A stretch of 64,000 nt of DNA from an uncultured Poribacteria bacterium (GTDB taxonomy: Bacteria > Poribacteria > WGA-4E > WGA-3G). Shown piece after piece: positions 9,727 to 19,693 of the stretch (its first letter is position 1; each line of letters begins with the position of its first letter). The stretch is taken from contig CATQHZ020000001.1 of assembly GCA_958296135.2 (NCBI GenBank), positions 1,376,001 to 1,440,000 of the forward strand, in the 5' to 3' direction. The position numbers and the translations under genes are program-made. The notes under the pieces are model-generated. The model was not told the origin of the DNA and made no database searches. It saw nothing but the letters and a program-made list of their open reading frames with translations.

Positions 9727-11421
9727 TTATCTCTCCACCTTAAGGATGCCGAAACTGTTTTTTGGAATGAGGAGTTTGTCAGCGTTCCCGTGCCATTCCT
9801 GAATGCGCACTTCAATTGCGCCGGAGCCTTCCATCTCCGCGTTTCCGCCGTTTGAGGCTGCCAAGTTCTCGTTGGCCACATAACGATACGTTACTTCTCC
9901 CTTGAGGCGTTTTCCATCGATGACAAACTGAGGCGTGTGTGCTTCACCCGTTCGATTGCTGATGAGAACGAACAGGCGTTCGGCATCGCCGATGGCATGC
10001 GCCTGCATCCCATCTATCTGTTTACCGCTGTATTCCAGTTGTCCCTCAAGGGTTGGCGGATTGTGCAGCGTCAACGTGAAGTGCGTGTTTGCTTGCGCGA
10101 ACGCCTCGCCGATGAGTTGAAAGATCGGATAGACAGCGCGCTGTATCGCCTTCCCGTTAAAATTCGCAGGCGCGGCGGAAGGTTCGCCGCCGTATTTCCA
10201 AAAGGTGCCGGGTGTCGGCGGCGTAATCGGCGAGAACGCGGGGAAACCTTTGCCGGGCCCCGCGATGACATGGAAGTTCGCCTGCGTTACTGTTGGCATG
10301 CTCAACATTTTTAAAAAGAAATCGCCGATATACATTGCGTGAAGTTGCGTATTCGCGACGCGGTTGCCAGGGTTCGCGATGTTCCATTCCGTTATCCACA
10401 TTTCCTTTCGCGATGGGGAGGTCGCGCCTACAGTTGCTGCATGAGATGTTGCGTCTACGGGATTGAATAACTTCTCGTAGTAATCGAGTGCCTCGTCAAC
10501 AGCGAAGTGGAGCCACCCGAAAAGGTAGCCGCGCATCGTTTCGATGGGTTCATCCCGTACTGCCTTGTAGGCGTAGACGTGAACGGTAAAGGCATCGTAA
10601 AAGGAGGTATCCGCTGCCAGGCCTTCATCCCACTTGCGTTGATAGGTTTTTAGGAGCCATCCCTCTTTGTGGAAAGCGACCGGGGTGGCACACACCGAGA
10701 GTTTTATGTTGGGATTTACCGCTTTCATCGCGGCGGCGTGTTCCTTCGCGCGGGCGATGTAGGTTTCCACCGTCGGATATTTGTTGACGTAGTGCGGCAG
10801 ATAATACTCATTACCGAGCTCCCAGTGCACAATCTCGTAGCCCTTCGTTTTCGCGTACTGCACCCATTCGGCACTCTCCTCCGGGCTCCCTGTCCAAAGA
10901 TTGACGACGACGATAGGAGTTATGTTTAGTTTGCTGCACAGCTGCATAAACTCGTCAAAGTCGATTTTGCCGTTCCTTCGCCTTTGAAGTTTAACGTAAT
11001 TTCCCCTATTTCGTTTATTAAGTTTTGCATTGAGTGTCGTCATCATTTCGCTTTTGACGAACCCGGCGGTTTTCCAATGATAGAAATTGCCGACGGTGCC
11101 GCCAGGGAAGCGCAGTGTTTTCGGGCGCAGTGCCTTGGTGAGCGCGACGAAATCCAGATCGAGGTACCCGTAATCTCCGCTCATCATGTTGGTGTTGAAA
11201 CCGTAGAGTTCGTGACAGAGTTGTTGTGTTTGGCGCGTGTCAATTTCTAAACGCGGCGCATGGGGGCTGGTTGCTTGCTTGTGGCATCCGAAATGGATGC
11301 ACAGGAGCAGTAGCCCTGCGACAAAGCAGACTCCGGCATCCGTAGGGCGGGGGCCTGTCCCGCGCCGTGCCAGGAGATAATTCTTAGTAACCTTCGCAAT
11401 TTTGTGAGTTAAAGTGTGCAT
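9727..11421 (-). CDS. Clan GH-A glycoside hydrolase (GH51/GH79-like), probable lipoprotein
   Basis: LRFPGG; WELGNE acid/base; WITEWN nucleophile; possible lipobox HFGC. Confidence 0.75.
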   Translation of the reverse strand: MHTLTHKIAKVTKNYLLARRGTGPRPTDAGVCFVAGLLLLCIHFGCHKQATSPHAPRLEIDTRQTQQLCHELYGFNTNMMSGDYGYLDLDFVALTKALRPKTLRFPGGTVGNFYHWKTAGFVKSEMMTTLNAKLNKRNRGNYVKLQRRRNGKIDFDEFMQLCSKLNITPIVVVNLWTGSPEESAEWVQYAKTKGYEIVHWELGNEYYLPHYVNKYPTVETYIARAKEHAAAMKAVNPNIKLSVCATPVAFHKEGWLLKTYQRKWDEGLAADTSFYDAFTVHVYAYKAVRDEPIETMRGYLFGWLHFAVDEALDYYEKLFNPVDATSHAATVGATSPSRKEMWITEWNIANPGNRVANTQLHAMYIGDFFLKMLSMPTVTQANFHVIAGPGKGFPAFSPITPPTPGTFWKYGGEPSAAPANFNGKAIQRAVYPIFQLIGEAFAQANTHFTLTLHNPPTLEGQLEYSGKQIDGMQAHAIGDAERLFVLISNRTGEAHTPQFVIDGKRLKGEVTYRYVANENLAASNGGNAEMEGSGAIEVRIQEWHGNADKLLIPKNSFGILKVER

Positions 11422-11563
11422 AAAGTTAGCCTCTGTCTATTTCCGGATTAGCATTTTCCGCGTGAAGGCTTGTAAGGATGGATTTCCTTTTTTAGGCAAC
11501 GGGCAGAGATGCAGCCGCCCTTGTGGTTTGCATTGCAGGGATAAGGGGTTCGCATTGATTTTA

Positions 11564-11593
11564 ATTATACCACAAAAGTGCATCCGTTGTCAA
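11564..11593 (-). promoter_or_regulatory. Sigma70-type promoter upstream of the glycoside hydrolase
   Basis: Minus strand TTGACA-N18-TATAAT with TG extension. Confidence 0.7.
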
Positions 11594-11604
11594 TTTTTTT
11601 CAAT

Positions 11605-13002
11605 TCATAACCGAATCCGCAGCCCTCGATAAGTTTCGCACGCCGAATCACTCGCGAACATGAGCCCCGCGCACAGCCAAAAATAGAACCCATACCCCCG
11701 AAATTCAAGCGTCCGGTTAAAGAAAAGCAGGAACACAGTGACGACGACAAGGCATAACATCACCATTGCAATTTCCTTCGTGTAACGTCCCACGGGCCGT
11801 AGGGCGAGGGCCTGTCCCTCGCCGGGCAGCGACGTGCCCGACGCGCGTTTGTAGAGCCGCAACGCCGCCATGAAGAGTTTGTAAAATATCAGCGCGAATA
11901 GAACGAGGCCCAAAGCACCGTAGAAACAGAAGATTGCCACCCAGTAGACATCTTTGAAGCCGTTTTTGCTTAGCACTTTCAGCAGGAACGAACGTTGGCT
12001 CATGTTGAGTCGTTCAATCGTCGTATTCTGGTCTGCGCCGTATCCCAAAACCGGTCGGTTTGCCAGAACGGTGGGGACATTCCCGATGAGCGCGCCGAGC
12101 CGCTGTTTCTGTGCAACGCGCACATAGTCGCCGGAGAAAACACCGGTGATATTGCCTGCGAGCCCCACCCTGGCCTTGCGCGGATTGACGTATTCCAAGT
12201 TAAATGGATTTACTATTGCTAGCAGAATGCTGAAACTTATCACTACAGTGAGAGAGAGACGGAGCGTTTTTTTCCAGCCGTACTGGAAGTAATACCATGC
12301 GACGCACGCCAGAATTGCGGAAAAGGTGGCGGCGCGCGAATAAGAACGCGCGATAAAGAGAAACAGCACTCCCACGCCGAGCAGGTTCAGATACTCCAAC
12401 CGCCTAACACGCGAGAGGTAGACGATGAGCACGATAATCATGAACACGCCGTAAATCACCGTGTCGCCGAGGGTGCCGTAGATGCTGCCGATTTCCCTGC
12501 CGAGCTCTAGCAACCGATATTCTTTTGTAAACCCGCCGACTTCAAGCGTTGATTCGCGCGGCAGGAAGAAGTCAAACGCCGCGGGACCGCCTAGCCACTG
12601 GATCAAACCTGCTGTGAGTTGGAAGGTGCCGACACCCAGAATTATCCGCAAGAGCGTTGCAATCCGTCTCACAGACAGCGGTGAATTCGCGATGAGGTAG
12701 AAGAGCACGATGTAGCGCGCAAACGGCCGAATGTTATAGAGGCTTCCGATGAGCGGCGAACGGTTTATCAGCATTGAGAGCAGCACAACGCTATAGAAAC
12801 CGACGATTGGCAAGTCTAGCGGCGTTTTGACGAACGGGATGCCGCGGTAGAGTTTATGGATGACCATTCGCCCGAATGCCGCGTAGATAAGCATCTCGCC
12901 GAAAAACCTTAGATAGGAGTAGACAGCATCGCTGACCGGCAGGAGTTTCAGCACGAACTCTTCAAAAGCGACGTATCCGGTGAGAAAATATATGGTGCCC
13001 AT
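11605..13002 (-). CDS. O-antigen polymerase/ligase-like (Wzy) membrane protein
   Basis: Many TM helices; SYSRAA and PVLGYG motifs; polysaccharide-locus context. Confidence 0.75.
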   Translation of the reverse strand: MGTIYFLTGYVAFEEFVLKLLPVSDAVYSYLRFFGEMLIYAAFGRMVIHKLYRGIPFVKTPLDLPIVGFYSVVLLSMLINRSPLIGSLYNIRPFARYIVLFYLIANSPLSVRRIATLLRIILGVGTFQLTAGLIQWLGGPAAFDFFLPRESTLEVGGFTKEYRLLELGREIGSIYGTLGDTVIYGVFMIIVLIVYLSRVRRLEYLNLLGVGVLFLFIARSYSRAATFSAILACVAWYYFQYGWKKTLRLSLTVVISFSILLAIVNPFNLEYVNPRKARVGLAGNITGVFSGDYVRVAQKQRLGALIGNVPTVLANRPVLGYGADQNTTIERLNMSQRSFLLKVLSKNGFKDVYWVAIFCFYGALGLVLFALIFYKLFMAALRLYKRASGTSLPGEGQALALRPVGRYTKEIAMVMLCLVVVTVFLLFFNRTLEFRGYGFYFWLCAGLMFASDSACETYRGLRIRL

Positions 13003-13042
13003 TTGATAAATACCTGTAGGAGAGCCCTCCCGGGCTGGATAC

Positions 13043-13187
13043 CAATGAAGAATCGGGACCAGGAGGTCCTCCTATCTGCCAGCCCAGAGTTCGCGGTTTA
13101 ACAATACCGCGAGTCAATGAAGAATCGGGACCAGGAGGTCCCTCCTACCTGCTAGCCCAGAGTTCGCGGTTTAACAATGCCGCGAGT
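13043..13187. repeat. Tandem ~72-bp duplication of a sulfotransferase 3' end plus REP element
   Basis: CAATGAAGAATCGGGACCAGGAGGTC...CCGCGAGT at 13043-13114 and 13115-13187. Confidence 0.9.
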
Positions 13188-14101
13188 TGTTGATTAAAGG
13201 GCTCAAAATACGCCGCCAATTCTTCCTGCGTCTGTGGCGCGATAGGCGGCGGTGTGAAGGATTTTTCGTTCCAATTCATCACTGCTTTTCGCAATTTGTA
13301 GGCGGTGGTATCCGGCACCAATTTGCGAATAGCGCGCCGTAACGGATTGTGCGATGCCATAAATTGCGTGAACAAGGAGCCGAACTTTTCGGAACGCGGC
13401 ATCGTGGTGCCCGTATTATGCCGTTGTCCGATAACCGGCGCGAAATCGGCGTTGACTCCGATGTTGCGAAAAATCCCTTGGCATACCGTTTGCGCATTGT
13501 CCTTCAACGCCTCAGTCAAGACGATGTGAACCCGTTCGTTTCCAAACTGCTTTAGCACATTCTTGACGTGCGGGTAGTAGATGCTGTTGTGGCGATAGGC
13601 GCACTGTCGCCATTTGAACCAGCCTTCTTTGAGCCGTGGTTCTTCGGCGGCGAGTGCTTCCTCAAAGGTTTTGAGGGTTTCCCAGCCTCTGCGCCGTGCC
13701 CACCAATATGCCGAATATGCGCGCGCCACCGGCTCCCGCAGCAGGATGACGAGGTGTATCTCTGGGTTATGTTCATAAATCCGTTGCATGATTTCCGGCG
13801 AGTGCATCACCATCACATTTTTGGCCATTAACCGGTACTGCGAGTGCCTGTCCCTCGCGCTGCGTTCGTGAGGGAGCTGCTCTGGTAGCGCGCTGGCGAA
13901 ATATTTATCAAACGCCCACTCATAACCGCGCGTGTATTCCCTGTCTTGGAGGAAGAACGTCATTTCCGGCTGTGCGTGCGTTGCGATGTCGGGATGCTGC
14001 GCCAAATAGCGGAGTAGCGAAGACGTGCCGGCTTTCTGCACACCGACAATCATGAGTTGAATTTTTGTAGTTCCTAGCCGTTGTTTGAGGTTGTCTTTCA
14101 A
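13145..14101 (-). CDS. Sulfotransferase (Sulfotransfer_1, heparan-sulfate ST-like)
   Basis: IVGVQKAGTSSL; LREPVARAYS motifs. Confidence 0.88.
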   Translation of the reverse strand: MKDNLKQRLGTTKIQLMIVGVQKAGTSSLLRYLAQHPDIATHAQPEMTFFLQDREYTRGYEWAFDKYFASALPEQLPHERSARDRHSQYRLMAKNVMVMHSPEIMQRIYEHNPEIHLVILLREPVARAYSAYWWARRRGWETLKTFEEALAAEEPRLKEGWFKWRQCAYRHNSIYYPHVKNVLKQFGNERVHIVLTEALKDNAQTVCQGIFRNIGVNADFAPVIGQRHNTGTTMPRSEKFGSLFTQFMASHNPLRRAIRKLVPDTTAYKLRKAVMNWNEKSFTPPPIAPQTQEELAAYFEPFNQQLAALLNRELWASR

Positions 14102-14189
14102 AGTAATTCTCCTTATCAGAAGGCACGCGAGGGACAGGCCCTCGCGCTACGGTGCTGCAGAACGCAGGCCGTCTTGACGTTGTCAAGCC

Positions 14190-15857
14190 TTACATTTTCG
14201 ATGAAAACATCGAAGAAGGCCGTTCTTGCACCACAGGAATGACGTAACTCCGGACCGTTACGCCATCCACCGTCTCCGTATCTATCCGTGGCTGTGGCTT
14301 CGGCCGGTGATCGAACACGATGTAGTATCCTTCCGCAGCCTTCTCCAATTTGAGGTAGGCGGCTAACTGCCGCATGCCGTTCTGATAAGACTTCTCCCCT
14401 TGCCAAATTTTCGTTTCCACGATATATTTCCGCTGCTTGTGGCTGATCAGGAGATCTATTCGTCCTCGGCCCGTTTGCACTTCGAGGTGCATTACCGCCT
14501 GCACCTGCCGCACAACTTGCTCAAGATAGGCGAAGAGCAGGTGCTGCCCAACGTATTCTTTCGGTGTTTCCGGTACCTGAAGTATCCTAAATCCAGCGCG
14601 GCTGATGAAATCGCGGAAATTATCAAGCAGCGGTGCCATAGCCAGTTCCCCCGCGGCGGTGAGATAATCACGACTCCCTGTACCGGTTTCTTCAGAGAAA
14701 TATTCCCGCTCAAGTCCGTTCACTGTCGGCTTGAACGTCCGGAGGATGCGGTAAAGATAAATCGGATTGGCAATCTCACACATGCCCTCCTTGCCTTCTG
14801 TGATGATACCGTAGGTTGCGAGTTCACTGATGACATCATCGTCCAGATTGAAGTTCCATCCCTCATCGTAGGACGCGATTTGCATCAGGACGGTTTGAAA
14901 GCGCGGGTTCCTGCGGATGTTGGCTCTCAGATGATGAATGTTGACATTCTGTTCACGAAGGATTTGCGTGTGTGCCTTTGCCCAATGCGCCAGAGTAATT
15001 GTTTCGGTTTCCGGGATGTTCATCTCTTCGGCGAGAATACGCGCGAGCCGGTTGACTAGAAAAGGCTGCCCCGCTGTCTGCCGATGCAGTGCCGCAACAA
15101 CCTCAGGTTCAAATGTCTGTCCGACTTCGGCCGTATACTGTCCAAGCAGCTCCTGCACCTGGTTGAAAGTGAAGTTGGGCAAGTGGAACTCGTCTTGGAT
15201 ATTGAACGGGGAGACAGACCTGTCGTAATTCAGTTGCGTGATGTTCTTCACGCCGACAATTCCGACGCTATGGAGGCATCGGAATTTTTCATCGTCCTCA
15301 TGATAGATGCGCCGGAGCGTGTGAAGGAACCCCCGGACTGCCGCTTGCGGAAGGTTATCAAATTCATCAATGATAAGGACAACCCGCGGATGGTTAAGCA
15401 ACCGCGCGAATTCCTCAAAGAACTTTCGCAGTGAGATATTGTTGGTTATCTTTCCTCCCTGCCGGGCTAAAAGTCGGCTTAAAGCCTCAGGGGGTACTTC
15501 ACCCCGTTTGCGGAAAACTCTCTCAATTTGCTTGAGAACATCTTCGTGGACAGATTCGTAAAATTCGTTGGGCGGAATGTCCACATATTCCTCAAAATTC
15601 AGTTCGATAGGGAAATAGTCGGGGGCATCGGCGGCGAGCACCTGCAAGGCGCGGCGAAAGAAAGTCGTCTTTCCTGTCTGCCGCGGCGCGAAAATCACGA
15701 GGTAGCGGCCCTCTGTGACGCGGCTGAGGAAGTCGGCGAGTTCAGCCGTGCGCGGCACAACGTAGTGCTTCTCCGGTGTTACAGGGCCTCGGGTGCCAAA
15801 CGTTTTCCTTTTTTTGGTCGTTCGCAATGCGTTTGATAAGGGCTCTTGTGCAAACAT
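14190..15857 (-). CDS. AAA-like ATPase with C-terminal PD-(D/E)XK nuclease-like domain
   Basis: APRQTGKTT Walker A; LIIDEFD Walker B; GQPFLVN; GRIDLL..VETK tail. ATG 15857 has an RBS (ORF track starts 15959). Confidence 0.85.
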   Translation of the reverse strand: MFAQEPLSNALRTTKKRKTFGTRGPVTPEKHYVVPRTAELADFLSRVTEGRYLVIFAPRQTGKTTFFRRALQVLAADAPDYFPIELNFEEYVDIPPNEFYESVHEDVLKQIERVFRKRGEVPPEALSRLLARQGGKITNNISLRKFFEEFARLLNHPRVVLIIDEFDNLPQAAVRGFLHTLRRIYHEDDEKFRCLHSVGIVGVKNITQLNYDRSVSPFNIQDEFHLPNFTFNQVQELLGQYTAEVGQTFEPEVVAALHRQTAGQPFLVNRLARILAEEMNIPETETITLAHWAKAHTQILREQNVNIHHLRANIRRNPRFQTVLMQIASYDEGWNFNLDDDVISELATYGIITEGKEGMCEIANPIYLYRILRTFKPTVNGLEREYFSEETGTGSRDYLTAAGELAMAPLLDNFRDFISRAGFRILQVPETPKEYVGQHLLFAYLEQVVRQVQAVMHLEVQTGRGRIDLLISHKQRKYIVETKIWQGEKSYQNGMRQLAAYLKLEKAAEGYYIVFDHRPKPQPRIDTETVDGVTVRSYVIPVVQERPSSMFSSKM

Positions 15858-15895
15858 GTCTTTCTCCGAATATCTATCATTGTTGCTGTCAATGC

Positions 15896-17023
15896 CTACA
15901 TTTTCGATGGACTTACGGTTGTAGGCTCTGTTTTCCGCTCGCGACAAAACTGATGCCACGGTATTGGCTTTCCGATGAGTGCGGCGAGTTCATGGACATT
16001 GTCTCGGTAATAGTCAACTAAACGCCGCCGTGTGGCCTCTGATATGGTGACTTTCTCAGCGTGACGCGTGTTCAGGCGGAGATAGAGCGGCTCAATGGCT
16101 CTTCTGACGGCGCGTAACGGATTATGAATTATCGGTTTGTTATGCGTCCACTGTCGGAGTTGAAACCGAAAGTTCCGATATGTCCGATGCAACTCCGAAT
16201 TTTTCATCGTTTCCGTGCGGTTTGTCACCTGAAAGGTGTAATCGTTGTAAAAATCGGCATCGATGCCTGCGAATTCGCAGAGGTGTGCCAGAACGGTTCC
16301 CGGGTCTTCAGCGATGTCTTCGTAGAAGAGAACGTGGATGCGCGCCGCACCGAATCTCTCAAAATAGGGCCTCAAATAGAGAGTATAACATCCCTGCTGA
16401 AGTGTTTGCAAATGTTGTTCCGCCACGGCGGAAACTCCATCAGGAACATAGGCCGAGGCCGTGTGCTTGGTGTTGAGAGCGCGCGGGGGACAGGCACCCG
16501 CGCTCCCGTGGGGCGAGGGCCTGTCCCCCGCTATGCCTCGGTTGTGAATTTCCTTGAAAAGCATATTGACGTACCCATCAAAACTGAGGGATTGCGGCAG
16601 CGTGCCGTTTTGCTTGGCGAACCGATACCACGAGATGAGACGTGAAATGGGTTCGCGGAGGCTGAAGACGAGTTTAGCCTGCGGCAGAAATTCTGCGATT
16701 CTCTCACGCGCGCTTGGGCAGTAAAGATAGTCCGGTGTTGATTCAAGCCGTGTACGCGGATCCAATTCGTTAGGCCCGGCCTGTTTATAGAGCAGATTGT
16801 ATTCCTCCGCGTCCCCGCTGTATCGGTATTTTGAGGGGAGCGGATAGGTATCGTCAAGAAAAAACCGGGTCTCCTTGTAAGTCGCGGCGCAAATTGCCGG
16901 ATGAGCGGCGAGGTAGGCGAACAGCGATGTCGTTGCCGCCTTGGTTGTCCCGCCGACAATTAGATAGGAGTAATCGCGAACTGTTTTGTGGTTACTAGCG
17001 GTTGTGCTGCTTTTTCTGTGCAT
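15896..17023 (-). CDS. Sulfotransferase (Sulfotransfer_1-like)
   Basis: IVGGTTKAATTSL; ESTPDY; LREPISRLIS motifs. Confidence 0.88.
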   Translation of the reverse strand: MHRKSSTTASNHKTVRDYSYLIVGGTTKAATTSLFAYLAAHPAICAATYKETRFFLDDTYPLPSKYRYSGDAEEYNLLYKQAGPNELDPRTRLESTPDYLYCPSARERIAEFLPQAKLVFSLREPISRLISWYRFAKQNGTLPQSLSFDGYVNMLFKEIHNRGIAGDRPSPHGSAGACPPRALNTKHTASAYVPDGVSAVAEQHLQTLQQGCYTLYLRPYFERFGAARIHVLFYEDIAEDPGTVLAHLCEFAGIDADFYNDYTFQVTNRTETMKNSELHRTYRNFRFQLRQWTHNKPIIHNPLRAVRRAIEPLYLRLNTRHAEKVTISEATRRRLVDYYRDNVHELAALIGKPIPWHQFCRERKTEPTTVSPSKM

Positions 17024-17137
17024 AAGAGGCTTCCTTAGCAGACGGTATTGACGTTGTCAATGCTTGCATGGCGGGGGAAACCCTCGGCGATTCGCGTTCG
17101 CCGGGTTTTCCCTCGCCCTACGGATAGAGGCGCGTTA

Positions 17138-18514
17138 CTACATCCAAGAAATTCCTGTTTTTCGGAGCAGATACGTGAGGTTTACGACAGCGAGAATCGC
17201 GCTGATTGAAACCGCTAACGCGATACCGAGTACCCACCAGGATGTCGCCACGCAGGCGTATGCTACGCTAATGTTTAGCACTGCCATAGTTACCATGTTT
17301 CTAAACACTAGCCCGTATGCTTTCTGTGCGTAGAGTCCCGCGTTCAACATCGGAATCAGGCAGGAAAATATCATGCCTGCGCTGAGCCAAAAGAGCAAAT
17401 CGGCTATCAGTTGCATCGCGGCGTGGCTGAGGGAACTCTGTCCATATAACCCCTTGATGATTTGTTCATGCGCGATGAGCATGCCGAGGGTGACAGGGAA
17501 CGCGATGAGGACAGCGGCGCGCGCGTTTTTTTGTAGTGGCGCGCGCGTTCGGTTCTGTTTGTCTTGGCGGCTTGACTTCTCCTGCGTCTCCGCTGATGCG
17601 GGGTGTTCCTTTTCGGCGTGGTGTGTTGCCATATTGGGCAAGGCTGTGGTTGCGAGGCTGATGCCGATAAGCGTCTGTATCGCCGAGAAAATTCGGAACG
17701 CGCTGTTGTAAAGCGTGATTAAACCTGCTCCGAATTGCCCTATCAGATACACTTCAACGAAGAGGCGTGTTGACAGTTGCCGGATGGCAAAACCGAGCGT
17801 TGGCAGCGTCAATGCGCTTTTTAATGCGTGCAGTGTCTCGCGTCCGGGGCGAGTCAACTCATAGCGGTGCCCCGTCCGGAGCGTTTCAATGCATAGCCAC
17901 ACAAAGTATCCTCCAGCTCCGATAGTATACGCTACCGCTATCCACCGTGCAAGGAGTGGTGTTTCCCATAATAGGAAGAAAGCCCCGGCGGCGAGAGCGG
18001 GCGGCAGCGCGTTTCGGAGTGCTACCGTCTTGAACCGCCGCTGGCTGTTCAGAAACGCGCCTGTCGCGGTGCTCCCACATCCGAAGAGAACGAGGGGCGC
18101 GCCCAAGCGCAGCAACGTCGCCATTTCAGCACGTGCGGCGAGGGAGTGTTGTGGGAGCAACCCGTTCGCAATCCAAGGCGCACTCCCCGCAATCAGCATC
18201 GCGAGTATCGCGCCGAGACAGAGGGAAACGATTAAGATACCGTTCGTGAAACGTCGATACGCCGCCGAGCTCATCACCGTTTCTTGTGTAACGAAAAGTG
18301 GGACGAGGCTAAATTTGGCACCTTCTCGGAAGACGGTATCGACGAGCAGCACGCTTTTTAAGGTGGCGACCAGGGTGTCCGCGTTCTCACTCACGCCGAA
18401 CCGCGTCGGAATCAGTTTGAAATGGACGAGGAGGCTGAATCCCATGCCCCCCAACGTAATCGCCATTACCCAGGGAGTCGGGGAGTGCAGCAGTTTCTGC
18501 ACCAGAGTTTTCAT
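17138..18514 (-). CDS. MurJ/MviN-like flippase
   Basis: Multi-TM MOP-family pattern (RFG..ADTL, LVPLF, SLATTALP) in a polysaccharide locus. Confidence 0.75.
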   Translation of the reverse strand: MKTLVQKLLHSPTPWVMAITLGGMGFSLLVHFKLIPTRFGVSENADTLVATLKSVLLVDTVFREGAKFSLVPLFVTQETVMSSAAYRRFTNGILIVSLCLGAILAMLIAGSAPWIANGLLPQHSLAARAEMATLLRLGAPLVLFGCGSTATGAFLNSQRRFKTVALRNALPPALAAGAFFLLWETPLLARWIAVAYTIGAGGYFVWLCIETLRTGHRYELTRPGRETLHALKSALTLPTLGFAIRQLSTRLFVEVYLIGQFGAGLITLYNSAFRIFSAIQTLIGISLATTALPNMATHHAEKEHPASAETQEKSSRQDKQNRTRAPLQKNARAAVLIAFPVTLGMLIAHEQIIKGLYGQSSLSHAAMQLIADLLFWLSAGMIFSCLIPMLNAGLYAQKAYGLVFRNMVTMAVLNISVAYACVATSWWVLGIALAVSISAILAVVNLTYLLRKTGISWM

Positions 18515-18589
18515 AAAAAACGGTTCTGTCCCTCGCGCGCTTTCGACTGAGATGAAGAACTGCGCGGCGGAGTCACGGCGAGGGTTTGA

Positions 18590-19615
18590 TTACTTCCACC
18601 CTTCCGGCAGATTTTTACGAATCTCAATATCCGCGTATCCCGTTGCCGGGCGCGCGCCGATGGATTTCGCCCATGCCGCCATCCGCTTTAAGCCCTCCTC
18701 CAGAGATACGGTGGAAGGTATCCCGAAGACTTTCTGGAATTTCTCGTGGGAGCAGTAGGCGTGTTTTACCTCTTCCCGCGCCTGAACGCGGATGACTGGC
18801 ACCTCTTTTCCCATTGCCTGCATGACGAGTTCCGCTAATTCGTTAACGGTGGCAGGCGTATCGGAACCGACGTTGAATGTCTCGCACGCGGCTTCCTGTA
18901 TCTCCGCAGCGCGAGCGATATGCGGCGCGACATCGGCGATGTGTGTATAGGCGCGCGTCTGCTCGCCATCCCCGAAAATACGCAACGGTTCACCCTTCAT
19001 GATGTTATTCATGAAGATGCCGATGACATTCCGATACTTGTCGCTGATGTTCTGTCCTTCGCCGTAGACGTTGTGCGGACGAAAGATGGTATAATCCAAG
19101 CCAAAGACATGTTTAGAGACAGCGAGTTCCTGCTCCACAGCGTATTTGGCGATGCCGTAGGAATCTTCGGGCATCGGTATCAGGTTTTCGTGCATCGGCA
19201 GCTGGTTCGTGCCATACACGGCGATGGACGAACTGAACACGAAGTGCTTAACGTTGTAATTCACGGCGGCGTTTATCAGATTCACGCTCCCGATGAGGTT
19301 GTTCTGATAATTAAACCGCTTGATGAAGTGGCTCAGCCCCTCGGCGGCGTAGGCTGCGAGGTGGTAGATGTAGTCAAATTGATGCTGCTCGCACAGTCGG
19401 TTCACCAACGATGCATCGAGGATGCTGCCATCAACGAACGTCGCTGCACTGTTGGTGTTTTCGCGAAAGCCGCCGCTCAGGTCATCGAGAATGACGACGC
19501 GTTGGTTTTCGTCGCGAAGGAGTTCATTGACGACGTGGGCTCCGAGGAAGCCCGCGCCGCCGGTTACTAGTGAGGTTTTTGTAGTTCCTAGCGGTTGTTT
19601 GACATTGTCTGGCAA
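18590..19615 (-). CDS. NAD-dependent epimerase/dehydratase (UDP-glucose 4-epimerase-like)
   Basis: LVTGGAGFLG; YGIAK (YxxxK); NVYG. Confidence 0.9.
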   Translation of the reverse strand: MPDNVKQPLGTTKTSLVTGGAGFLGAHVVNELLRDENQRVVILDDLSGGFRENTNSAATFVDGSILDASLVNRLCEQHQFDYIYHLAAYAAEGLSHFIKRFNYQNNLIGSVNLINAAVNYNVKHFVFSSSIAVYGTNQLPMHENLIPMPEDSYGIAKYAVEQELAVSKHVFGLDYTIFRPHNVYGEGQNISDKYRNVIGIFMNNIMKGEPLRIFGDGEQTRAYTHIADVAPHIARAAEIQEAACETFNVGSDTPATVNELAELVMQAMGKEVPVIRVQAREEVKHAYCSHEKFQKVFGIPSTVSLEEGLKRMAAWAKSIGARPATGYADIEIRKNLPEGWK

Positions 19616-19693
19616 AATAGCTCTCCTATAAACATTTCTGTGCGTGGTAAGGGGAACCCTCGGCGATTCGCGTTCGCCGGGTTTTCCCTCGCC

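Noticed and set aside
17889-18758. 289-aa plus-strand ORF and similar long antisense ORFs (e.g. 45696-46577)
   Set aside because: Shadow ORFs opposite well-supported genes, with no motifs.
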